NCBI GenBank assembly: GCA_964510165.1
Contig: CAZEBC010000001.1
Span: forward strand, 29,307-81,224
Direction: 5' to 3'
Length of the DNA: 51,918 nucleotides
Origin: an uncultured bacterium
Lineage (GTDB): Bacteria; Abyssobacteria; SURF-5
Position 1 is the stretch's first letter; the number at the start of each line of letters is the position of its first letter. Made by a program: the position numbers and the translations under genes. The notes beneath the pieces were generated by a model. That model had not been told where the DNA came from and searched no databases. It saw nothing but the letters and a program-made list of their open reading frames with translations. This document shows, piece after piece, positions 27,235 to 35,504 of the stretch.

Positions 27235-29709
27235 ATGGGAAAGAAGATTCTTCTTGCGGCATTCGCGGTCATCGCAACGGTGGCCATACTGGTGTGCGTA
27301 TGGTCGTGGGTGAGGATACGAAGCAGCCTTCCGCAGATCGAGGGAGAGATCGCGCTGGCAGGCCTCAAGGAAGCGGTCGAGGTTTCTCGTGACATCTATG
27401 GAATTCCCCACATAAGAGCGCAATCCGAAGATGACCTCTATCGCGCGCTAGGGTTCGTGAACGCGCAGGACCGGCTGTGGCAGATGGACCTGTTCAGGCG
27501 CCTGTCACAGGGGAGGCTGGCCGAGGTGTTAGGAGCGGAACTGATCCCGCTCGACCACCGCCATCGCGTGCTCGGCTTTCATCGGCTCGCCAAGGAACTC
27601 TACGAAAGCGCGGACGATGACTCGAAGAGCGTGCTCCGCGCGTACGTGGACGGGATCAACCAACACATAGGCGCAAGTCCTGACCGTCTCCCGCTCGAGT
27701 TTCAATTGCTTCGGTATAAGCCCGAGCCGTGGTCCCCCGAGGACGTCTACGGCGTGCTCATGTGGCAGCAGTGGATGGTCACCTTCAATTGGGAATCCGA
27801 ACTCGCTCTTACGGCTCTCGTGCAGGAAATCGGGGCCGAAGCCGTGCTCGAACTCATAAACATGCGGAAGGTCACTGGCCCCACAATCATCCCGGACTCG
27901 GAGAAGCAATACGAGCCGGGTGCGTCGCATATCGGCTCAACGGTGCTGCCGCCCGAGTTCGATTATGATCTGATCAAATTCAGGAAACCGCAATCGCAAC
28001 CCTCCGAGACCAAGAGCGCATGGCTCCGCGCGATGGCGGAAGTCTACGCCAGCAACTGCTGGGCCGTCGACGGCAGAAGAAGTCAATCCGGCAAGCCGAT
28101 CCTCTGCAATGACCCGCACATTCCGCACACGCTGCCCTCCATATGGTACATGGCGCATCTATCCTCGCCGGGGATGAACGACTCCTTCGGCATCATGACG
28201 CCGGGGGTCCCGATGGTGATCATGGGCCACAACGAGCGGTTCGCCTGGGGCGATACCACCACAGGCGCCGACACGCAAGACCTTTACATCGAGAAGCTGA
28301 ATCCCGACAACCCGGACGAATATCTCTATCGCGGTGAATACCACCCCTTTGAGACGGTCACAGAGACCATTCGCTATCGAGAGCGCGGCGCGATGAAGTC
28401 GGTGCAAAAAGAAATCCGATTCAGCGTGCACGGCCCTATAATCAATGAGATCGCGAATCCGCCCGTGTCCTCCGATACGCCGCTTGCGCTAAGATGGGCC
28501 GGTTATGAGGTTTCCGATTCGATCAAGTCGGCGATCATCATGGCAAAGGTTCATGACTGGGAAGGTTTTCGGAACGCGCTGTCTTACACGGCCACGCCAA
28601 TATGGAATTGGGTGTATGCCGACTCGCAGGGAAACATCGGGTACCAGGTGGTCGGACTTATCCCGATAAGAAAGAAGGGACTCGGCCTCTTTCCCGTGCC
28701 CGGATGGCTTGAGGAATATGAGTGGAACGGCTACATTCCGTACGATGAACTTCCTCGCCTTTTCAATCCGTCAACCGGATACGTGGTGACCGCCAACAAC
28801 AAGGTCGCCCCCGACGACTATCCTTATCTGATTTCCACCCGTTTCGCCCCCGGCTACCGCGCCGAGCGCATCCAGGAGCTGCTCCTGTCACGCGACAGGC
28901 TGTCAGTTGAGGACATGCAAAGGATTCAGATGGATGACTATTCCAGACTGGGCGCGCATGTGAGGGATCGTTTCGTTCAGGCCTGCGAGAAATATCCTCA
29001 CGCCGACCCGAATTTTGATCGCGCGGTCGAGTTGCTGAGGCACTGGGACTTCAATACGGGCAAGGACAGCGCGGCCGCAGCGCTGTTTCATGAAAGCTAC
29101 GCAGTTGCGGGACGGAGGCTGCTGAGCGGCAGGGTCCGCCCCGAACTCTGGCGACAGATTTATCGTTCCATCGGCAGCCTCGAGGATATGCTTGCGTACG
29201 GCGCCGAAGAGTGGTTTGATGACCCACGGACCGATGCGGTCGAAACAAGCGATGAGCTTCTGGCGAAGAGCGTCGCCGAGGCCGCCGGGTCTCTTCAGAA
29301 ATTCTTCGGCGGCGAACCCGCTACCTGGAAATGGGGTCAACTGCACACCCTCACGTTTGTTCACCCGCTCGGTCGCTCTGGCATCCTTGGGAAGGTATTC
29401 AACGTTGGACCGATGCCAGTCGGGGGCGGAAACCACACCGTCAACCCCGCCAACTACTACTTCGACAGGCCGACGATGCCCTACGCGGTTGTGGCCGGCC
29501 CATCAATGAGGACTGTGATCGACTTCGGGAATCCCGATTCGGCGCGCATGGTCATCACGCTTGGGCAGTCAGGGCACCGATTCAGCAAACACTACTCGGA
29601 CCAACTCCCGCTGTGGCTCAGGGGCGAGGCAATACCGATGTGGAAATCATCTGAAGCTATCGAAAAACATCTCGAAGCGCGCTTGACGCTCAAACCGAAA
29701 TCCGATTAG
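27235..29709 (+). CDS. penicillin acylase-family Ntn hydrolase (peptidase S45; possibly an acyl-homoserine-lactone acylase)
   Basis: Signal/anchor helix, GIPHIRA, AQDRLWQMD, beta-chain nucleophile context ASNCWAVDG...NDPH. AGGAG RBS before ATG 27235. Substrate not inferable. Confidence 0.88.
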   Translation: MGKKILLAAFAVIATVAILVCVWSWVRIRSSLPQIEGEIALAGLKEAVEVSRDIYGIPHIRAQSEDDLYRALGFVNAQDRLWQMDLFRRLSQGRLAEVLGAELIPLDHRHRVLGFHRLAKELYESADDDSKSVLRAYVDGINQHIGASPDRLPLEFQLLRYKPEPWSPEDVYGVLMWQQWMVTFNWESELALTALVQEIGAEAVLELINMRKVTGPTIIPDSEKQYEPGASHIGSTVLPPEFDYDLIKFRKPQSQPSETKSAWLRAMAEVYASNCWAVDGRRSQSGKPILCNDPHIPHTLPSIWYMAHLSSPGMNDSFGIMTPGVPMVIMGHNERFAWGDTTTGADTQDLYIEKLNPDNPDEYLYRGEYHPFETVTETIRYRERGAMKSVQKEIRFSVHGPIINEIANPPVSSDTPLALRWAGYEVSDSIKSAIIMAKVHDWEGFRNALSYTATPIWNWVYADSQGNIGYQVVGLIPIRKKGLGLFPVPGWLEEYEWNGYIPYDELPRLFNPSTGYVVTANNKVAPDDYPYLISTRFAPGYRAERIQELLLSRDRLSVEDMQRIQMDDYSRLGAHVRDRFVQACEKYPHADPNFDRAVELLRHWDFNTGKDSAAAALFHESYAVAGRRLLSGRVRPELWRQIYRSIGSLEDMLAYGAEEWFDDPRTDAVETSDELLAKSVAEAAGSLQKFFGGEPATWKWGQLHTLTFVHPLGRSGILGKVFNVGPMPVGGGNHTVNPANYYFDRPTMPYAVVAGPSMRTVIDFGNPDSARMVITLGQSGHRFSKHYSDQLPLWLRGEAIPMWKSSEAIEKHLEARLTLKPKSD

Positions 29710-29936
29710 TAACGACCGATTACGTTTTTGTTATCAAGTTACGATTTTCGGCTCCGTCCGCCCACTGGCGCCCTCTCTCCTTCATGGCGTAACCCTAACA
29801 ATTTCAGATACTAACATCGCTTGGCCGAACTTCTCCGCTTAATGGTATAGAAGTTGCCACCTTCTGTCACTCGCTAAACCAACGTTCCGCTGAAGTCAGC
29901 ACCGGTCAGTTTTGGTCACTGAGGAGGTGGACACTC

Positions 29937-31322
29937 ATGCGGAAAATCGTCCTTGCCCTTCTCTTCACTTTTCTGCTCGATGCCCGCGCGCTTGGCGACA
30001 GTGCTACGTTTCGGATAGCAAACGCCAATGGGGAAGATGCCTTCTCCAGTCGAGGCTTCTATACAATAAACGGCTTCGACAATATGTATGGCTGGCATTA
30101 CTTCGGCTACTCGCCGTATACCGCGTCCTATTATAACGCGTACTGGCGATGGCCTCTCACTGTCCCGAAGGGGTCCGTCGTGACAAGGGCGTACGTAAGC
30201 ATCCGCTCCGACTACAGCAACAACGGCCAACTCAATGCGGCCTTCGCTGCGCTCGTTCCCGATACCAAATGGGAGGGCGATAACGCATTCAGTACCGTCA
30301 ACTACCCAAACGGCCCCTCGCTTGACACCATCCCGCGTCAGGGCACGCCGGTCGCGTGGCCGAGCATTCCAAACTGGGTCGTAAATACATGGTACAACGG
30401 TCCTGACATCGGCGGGCTTCTACAGACACACATAGACAACCCCGCCTACGACCCCGACGACCCGCACCGCAGGCATTTTGGCCTTGTCCTTTTCTACGTC
30501 TCGGGGTCCGGATTCAGAACGGGAACACAGGAACCTGACGACGATTCGCTGACGACAAGATTATTTGTTGAATGGATGCCGCCTCCCAAGTGCTCGGACC
30601 AAATCGAAATGTGCGACGACGGCCTTGATAACAACTGCAATGAAGAAATCGATGAATTCTGCAACTTGTGTCCCGAGGCGTTCGCCGGTGACGACATGCA
30701 GGGCTTTATCGCTGATACCGTTCAACTCGACGGTGGAGTCAGCGCCGACCCAGACGGCGACGAACTGTCCTTTGCCTGGACCATCTCTTCCAAACCCGAA
30801 GGGAGCGCCGCCGAGATATCCGACCCCGCATCCGCGACTCCGAGCCTGTTCCTTGATCTGGTCGGAGATTATGTAATTGAGTTGACGGTTGATGACGGGA
30901 TATGCCACAGCGAAGTGGATAGCCTTACGATCACCGCGTCCGACAGAGACTTCGCCTGCCCATATGGTTTCGGCTATTGGAAGAAACACCCCGAAGCCTG
31001 GGCCGTCGATTCGCTCGCGCTCGGGAACGAGACCTACAGCAAGAGCGAGCTTGAGGCGATCATGAGGATGCCTGTTCGAGGCGACGCCAGCATCATCCTC
31101 GCGCATCACCTAATCGCGGCAAAGCTCAATATCGCCTTTGAAACAAACCCATTTCCCATAATGGACACGCTCGAATCGGCGGACAGTGCGCTTGGCGACT
31201 ACCCGGGCAAGCTGCCATACAAGGTCAGGCCAAATTCCGAGATCGGTCATCAGATGACCGAAGACGCCTACATGCTTGAGCTTTACAATGATTCAGCTCT
31301 GACCCCTGATTGCGTGGAGTAA
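29937..31322 (+). CDS. secreted multidomain protein (Cys-rich CDDGxDNxC motif, PKD-like domain, unknown N- and C-terminal domains)
   Basis: GAGGAGG RBS, signal peptide MRKIVLALLFTFLLDARA. CSDQIEMCDDGLDNNCNEEIDEFCNLC. PKD-like DTVQLDGGVSADPDGDELSFAWTISSKP...YVIELTVDDG. Confidence 0.7.
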   Translation: MRKIVLALLFTFLLDARALGDSATFRIANANGEDAFSSRGFYTINGFDNMYGWHYFGYSPYTASYYNAYWRWPLTVPKGSVVTRAYVSIRSDYSNNGQLNAAFAALVPDTKWEGDNAFSTVNYPNGPSLDTIPRQGTPVAWPSIPNWVVNTWYNGPDIGGLLQTHIDNPAYDPDDPHRRHFGLVLFYVSGSGFRTGTQEPDDDSLTTRLFVEWMPPPKCSDQIEMCDDGLDNNCNEEIDEFCNLCPEAFAGDDMQGFIADTVQLDGGVSADPDGDELSFAWTISSKPEGSAAEISDPASATPSLFLDLVGDYVIELTVDDGICHSEVDSLTITASDRDFACPYGFGYWKKHPEAWAVDSLALGNETYSKSELEAIMRMPVRGDASIILAHHLIAAKLNIAFETNPFPIMDTLESADSALGDYPGKLPYKVRPNSEIGHQMTEDAYMLELYNDSALTPDCVE

Positions 31323-31412
31323 CTCCGATGCCGCCGGAATCGGCATGATAATGACGACCGATGCCGCGGAAGACAATGACACATCTTGTTCGAAGCCTTC
31401 GGTCCGATTTTT

Positions 31413-31456
31413 CCCTTACCCAACCCTCTCCCTGAGGGAGAGGGCAGGGTGGGGGG
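31413..31456. repeat. palindromic 'CCCTCTCCC-N3-GGGAGAGGG' REP-like element, copy C (single hairpin form)
   Basis: cccttacccaaccctctccc-tga-gggagagggcagggtgggggg. The two arms are adjacent here, without the insert seen in copies A and B. Confidence 0.75.
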
Positions 31457-31649
31457 CCACCCGTCATTACCCCTTGCCAATTTGCACTCAACCTTCCAGA
31501 TTAGGAGAAAGGGAATAGAAATGTTTGTTTGAGCCGGCGTTCCGCGCGAGTGAGACAAAAGTCGCTGGCGACTTCGTGTCGGGGTGATAAAGTATTCTCA
31601 GAAAGTACAGATGCTTGAATCAGCCAGATATAGAAGGAGGAGCGCCAAT

Positions 31650-32393
31650 ATGCTTACCTTTGATGAAAACACGACGGTGCGCGATGTCGTCGTACGCCAC
31701 CCGCGCACCAGGCCGGTCTTCGAAAAGCTGGGGATAGACTACTGCTGCGGCGGGTCCAACAAGATAAAGACGGCCGCCGAGCAGAAGGGCGTCGAGCCTG
31801 CCAGGCTGCTGGCGGCGCTTCAGGAAGCCATCCGCGCGGCAGGTCCCCTCGATGAGTGCGAAACCAATTGGGCCGACGAGTCCATTGCCGGCCTCGTCGG
31901 CCACATAGAGGAAAAGCATCATGCCTTCATGAAGGAGCAGCTCCCGCGCGTGCAGGGCCTCGTGTCAAAGGTTCTGAAGGCCCACGAGGCGCACCATGGT
32001 CGGATGCTCTCTGAACTGCAAGCGGTCTATCAGTCGCTCCGGATGGAAATCGAGCAACACCTCATGAAAGAGGAACAGATACTGTTCCCTTACATCCGCC
32101 AGATATCCGACTACTCCCTGGGCATTGGGGAGAAGCCGCTCATGCACTGCGGCTCTATCCAGAACCCGATCCGACAGATGGAACACGAACACGACAACGC
32201 CGGGCACGCTCTCGCAATGATGCGCGAACTCACTTCGGATTACGCCCTGCCGGACGACGCATGCCCCACGTTTAGGGCCTTGTATGAAGGGCTGAAAGAC
32301 TTGGAGGCCGACCTGCATGAGCACATCCATCTCGAAAACAATATCCTGTTCCCAAGAGCGGCCGACCTTGAAGTGACCAGCGGCGTGGTATGA
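31650..32393 (+). CDS. iron-sulfur cluster repair di-iron protein (RIC; YtfE/ScdA family)
   Basis: N-terminal ScdA_N motif FEKLGIDYCCGG, then hemerythrin-like HH/E-rich helices (EEKHHAFMKEQL, HLMKEEQILFP, MEHEHDNAG, HIHLENNILFP). GAAGGAGG RBS before ATG 31650. Confidence 0.88.
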   Translation: MLTFDENTTVRDVVVRHPRTRPVFEKLGIDYCCGGSNKIKTAAEQKGVEPARLLAALQEAIRAAGPLDECETNWADESIAGLVGHIEEKHHAFMKEQLPRVQGLVSKVLKAHEAHHGRMLSELQAVYQSLRMEIEQHLMKEEQILFPYIRQISDYSLGIGEKPLMHCGSIQNPIRQMEHEHDNAGHALAMMRELTSDYALPDDACPTFRALYEGLKDLEADLHEHIHLENNILFPRAADLEVTSGVV

Positions 32394-32430
32394 CCGGTCG
32401 GGGGGAGAACTGACCCTGTGGGGAGGAAGG

Positions 32431-32814
32431 TTACTTTCGGGGCGATTCCTTCTCGACGATCTCCCGGATTGTCTTCATGACGCGTTGGATATTAAACGGC
32501 TTCTCCAGGCACAAGAGCGCGCCCATGCTCAGGGCTTCCTGCACGCTCCTGTCCATTCCGAAGCCTGTGGTAAGCACGACTGGCACAGCCGCATTAAGCT
32601 GGCGGATCGCCTTGAACGTGTCGAGCCCGTTCAAGTCCGGCATCCGCATGTCGAGGATAACCAGGTCGAACGGACCGGCTTTGAGCTGCTGGAGCGCGGC
32701 AACACCGCTCGAGACCGGACGCGGCGCGAATCCGAGCATCTCAATGAGGTCGCAGAAGAGCTGCCTCACGTCTTCGTTGTCGTCAATAATCAGAATGTTT
32801 CGTGTTTGCGCCAT
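32431..32814 (-). CDS. single-domain response regulator (REC only)
   Basis: ILIIDDNEDVR, phospho-acceptor context LVILDMRMPDLNG, LTTGFG, LEKPF. Confidence 0.9.
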   Translation of the reverse strand: MAQTRNILIIDDNEDVRQLFCDLIEMLGFAPRPVSSGVAALQQLKAGPFDLVILDMRMPDLNGLDTFKAIRQLNAAVPVVLTTGFGMDRSVQEALSMGALLCLEKPFNIQRVMKTIREIVEKESPRK

Positions 32815-32822
32815 TGTGTCTC

Positions 32823-33470
32823 CTATTGCAGCATGTCCAGGTCTTGTTCGGCGTTTTCATTGAGCAGGTTCTTGGCAAACCGACGAAACTGAAGATTCAT
32901 CTGGTGCAGCGTCTCGGACGCCTTGATGATGGAGTTGACCTGTCGCTTCACGGTCTCGTCGGAACTGCTCTCGAGACGCATCTGGATTAACTGGGCAAAG
33001 CCCGAGGCAATCGAGAGCGGGTTGTTGAGTTCCTGATTGAGGGCAAGGGCGCGCTCAGCCACCTGCGCGAGCTTCCGCGTCTTCTCAAGCTCCCTTTCCA
33101 GTTTCATCTTATCCCAGGCGCGCTCCACCGATATCTTGATGATCTCGAAATCGAACGGCTTGAGGATGTAGTCGTACGCGCCGCTGCGGATGGCCCTGAC
33201 CGCCGATTCAACGCTTGCATAACCCGTGATCACGATCACGAGCGTGTTCGGACAGTTTTCCTTGATGTATTTCATGACTGCAAACCCGTCAAGCTCGGGC
33301 ATCATCAGATCGGTGATCACCAACCCGTAAGGTCTGGTCTTCAGGCTCTCGATTCCCGTCCGACCGTTCTCAGCGGTGTCAACCTCGTATCCGATGTTGG
33401 TCAGAAGCACCTTGATGCTGTCGCACATCCGCTTCTCGTCATCGATCACCAGAATCCTGTTTTCAGCCAC
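32823..33470 (-). CDS. response regulator: REC domain fused to a DHp/HisKA-like helical domain lacking the phospho-acceptor His
   Basis: REC features ILVIDDEKR, VITD(54)LMMPELDG, ITGYAS, LKPF. The C-terminal half aligns to the H-boxes of the three kinases in this window, but reads LNQELNNPLSIASGFAQLI (Gln146, CAG at 33035-33033) where they have AHE[LIM]xxPL. Confidence 0.85.
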   Translation of the reverse strand: MAENRILVIDDEKRMCDSIKVLLTNIGYEVDTAENGRTGIESLKTRPYGLVITDLMMPELDGFAVMKYIKENCPNTLVIVITGYASVESAVRAIRSGAYDYILKPFDFEIIKISVERAWDKMKLERELEKTRKLAQVAERALALNQELNNPLSIASGFAQLIQMRLESSSDETVKRQVNSIIKASETLHQMNLQFRRFAKNLLNENAEQDLDMLQ

Positions 33471-33494
33471 GAATGATCCTCCTCTCGAGTTTCT

Positions 33495-35504
33495 TCATGA
33501 GGACTGAATAACCTGAAACACCTTGTCGCTTACCACGGGAAGCTGGATGGTGAAGGTGGTCCCCCTCCCCGGTTCGCTGTCCACGCTGATCTCTCCGCTG
33601 TAGTTCTTTATGATGCCGTATGAAACGGAGAGTCCCAGGCCGGTCCCCTTCACTCCTTTCGTCGTGAAGAACGGCTCAAAGATGTTCTTGAGGTCCTCGG
33701 GCGGAATTCCACAGCCGTCGTCGGCAATGTCTATCTCGACGCGCCCCTTTCTGTACCTAGTCCGAATCGTCAGCTTCCCGCCCTCCGGCATCGCGTCCTC
33801 CGCGTTCTTTATCATGTTCAGAAACACCTGCCGGAGCTGATCGGTGGATGCGCTGACCTCAGGAAGGTTCTCGGCAAACTCCGGCGCAATCTCGATCTTC
33901 CTTCGGAACAACTGCCCCCGCAAGAGCGCCAGAAGTTCCTCCAGGATCTGGTTTATCTGAACCGATTGAATCTCCTCGGTGCCCGGCTTGGCGAATTTCA
34001 GTAGCCTCCGCACGATGCCCGCGATCCGGTTGATCTCCTGGTCTATGATCTTCATGTTCTCGCGGTTCTGGTCTTCCTCCGGCATCAGCATCCTCGCTAT
34101 GCCTACGTAATTCTTGATGATGCCCAGTGGATTATTTATTTCATGCGCGATCTGCGCGGCAAGCTCGCCCGTCGCGGCCATTCGCTCCGACTGCATGAGC
34201 TGCGCCTGCAGTCTTCGCAGCTGATTCACCCTCTGCTCCAATTCCTTGCTCCGGCGCTGGAGCTGTTCCTGCGTGCGCTGCATCCGGTCCGCCATCCGAT
34301 TAAACTCCAGGGCAAGCATCTCGATCTCGTCTCCGCTTCTCACATCAATCCTATGCTCAAGATTGCCTTCCCCGATCTTCTGAACACCCTCCTGAAGAAT
34401 AAGCAGCGGACCCAGGATGCGCCGGGCGAACGCGACGCCCGCCAAAGAAACGAGTAACAGCATCACCGCGCTGAAACCAAGCGCCCGCACGAACAGAGAG
34501 TTTATGGGCCCGATGGCCTCCGCCTCCGGCGTCGCCGCCACTACCGCCCAATCCCTCCCCCTGTATGTGGCGCGGGCCGCGTTCAGCGAAAGCTTGACCG
34601 GAGCGAAACCGGCAATTGCGGTCATTCTCTCCGGCCCCAGCGTGAGTACCGAATACCCGGTCGTGCGGGGTGTCACGGAGCCGCTCTTCTCCCTGAATTC
34701 CACATTCTCTGCCGACGCCAGCGATGACGGCGCCAACACCCGCATGCGCCGATCGGAACCGGTTCCAAGAACAAACGCAAGTGTCTCACCTGCATTCGCT
34801 CTCAAACGCGGAACTGTCGCATCCAGGTTGTATTCCGCAACCAGCTTTCCGTCCAGGGCGCCGGCCTCTCCCGATGTAACGGGAACGCATATGCTGACAA
34901 CAGTCCCCTCCGGCTCACGGACGGCCGGCTTGCCGGATGCGCTCACGTCGGCGTGGCGCCACCACTGCTCTTGCACCGAATAAGGGGCCTCAAGCGGGCC
35001 GTATGCAGCCGCAACGATGTCCGTCGTCCCCGTATGGCAGACGACCCTCAGAAAGCTGTAGCCCGGATTTGCTGACGCAAACGCGGCCAAGGCGCGGGAC
35101 GCCGGATTCTCCTTGAGAAGGTCCACCTTGGCTCGGGGTTGTCGCGACGCTTTCCAAATCTCAAACTCCTGGCGCACCATGTCCGACACTTCCGCCGGCA
35201 GCAATCCCTTATACTGCTTGTTCACATCAAGCACGGACTGCCTGATCTCCTCGGACGCCGCCAGTTGGGCCAACGACTGCATCGAGGCGTCAAGCGTCAA
35301 GTCGATCTGCTCCGCCACAAGCTCCGCCACGTTGCGCATCTCGACGCCCGCATTCTCTTCTCTCAGCGCGCTGGCATGGTAGTAACTGAATACTGCCGTA
35401 CAAAAGATTCCCAACGCGACACCGAAAACGAGCGTCGCAATGAATTTCCGGGTGAGCCCCCGCCCAATGGGCGGGCTCGCGGCATAAGCCTGCGGCCTTT
35501 TCAT
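33495..35504 (-). CDS. membrane sensor histidine kinase (large periplasmic domain, HAMP, HisKA, HATPase_c)
   Basis: Two TM helices flank a periplasmic region of about 300 aa. HAMP (ILGPLLILQEGVQKIGEGNLEHRI...EIEMLALEFNRMADRM), H-box IAHEINNPLGIIKNY, G-box VKGTGLGLSVSYGII. 4-nt overlap with the upstream kinase. Confidence 0.9.
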   Translation of the reverse strand: MKRPQAYAASPPIGRGLTRKFIATLVFGVALGIFCTAVFSYYHASALREENAGVEMRNVAELVAEQIDLTLDASMQSLAQLAASEEIRQSVLDVNKQYKGLLPAEVSDMVRQEFEIWKASRQPRAKVDLLKENPASRALAAFASANPGYSFLRVVCHTGTTDIVAAAYGPLEAPYSVQEQWWRHADVSASGKPAVREPEGTVVSICVPVTSGEAGALDGKLVAEYNLDATVPRLRANAGETLAFVLGTGSDRRMRVLAPSSLASAENVEFREKSGSVTPRTTGYSVLTLGPERMTAIAGFAPVKLSLNAARATYRGRDWAVVAATPEAEAIGPINSLFVRALGFSAVMLLLVSLAGVAFARRILGPLLILQEGVQKIGEGNLEHRIDVRSGDEIEMLALEFNRMADRMQRTQEQLQRRSKELEQRVNQLRRLQAQLMQSERMAATGELAAQIAHEINNPLGIIKNYVGIARMLMPEEDQNRENMKIIDQEINRIAGIVRRLLKFAKPGTEEIQSVQINQILEELLALLRGQLFRRKIEIAPEFAENLPEVSASTDQLRQVFLNMIKNAEDAMPEGGKLTIRTRYRKGRVEIDIADDGCGIPPEDLKNIFEPFFTTKGVKGTGLGLSVSYGIIKNYSGEISVDSEPGRGTTFTIQLPVVSDKVFQVIQSS

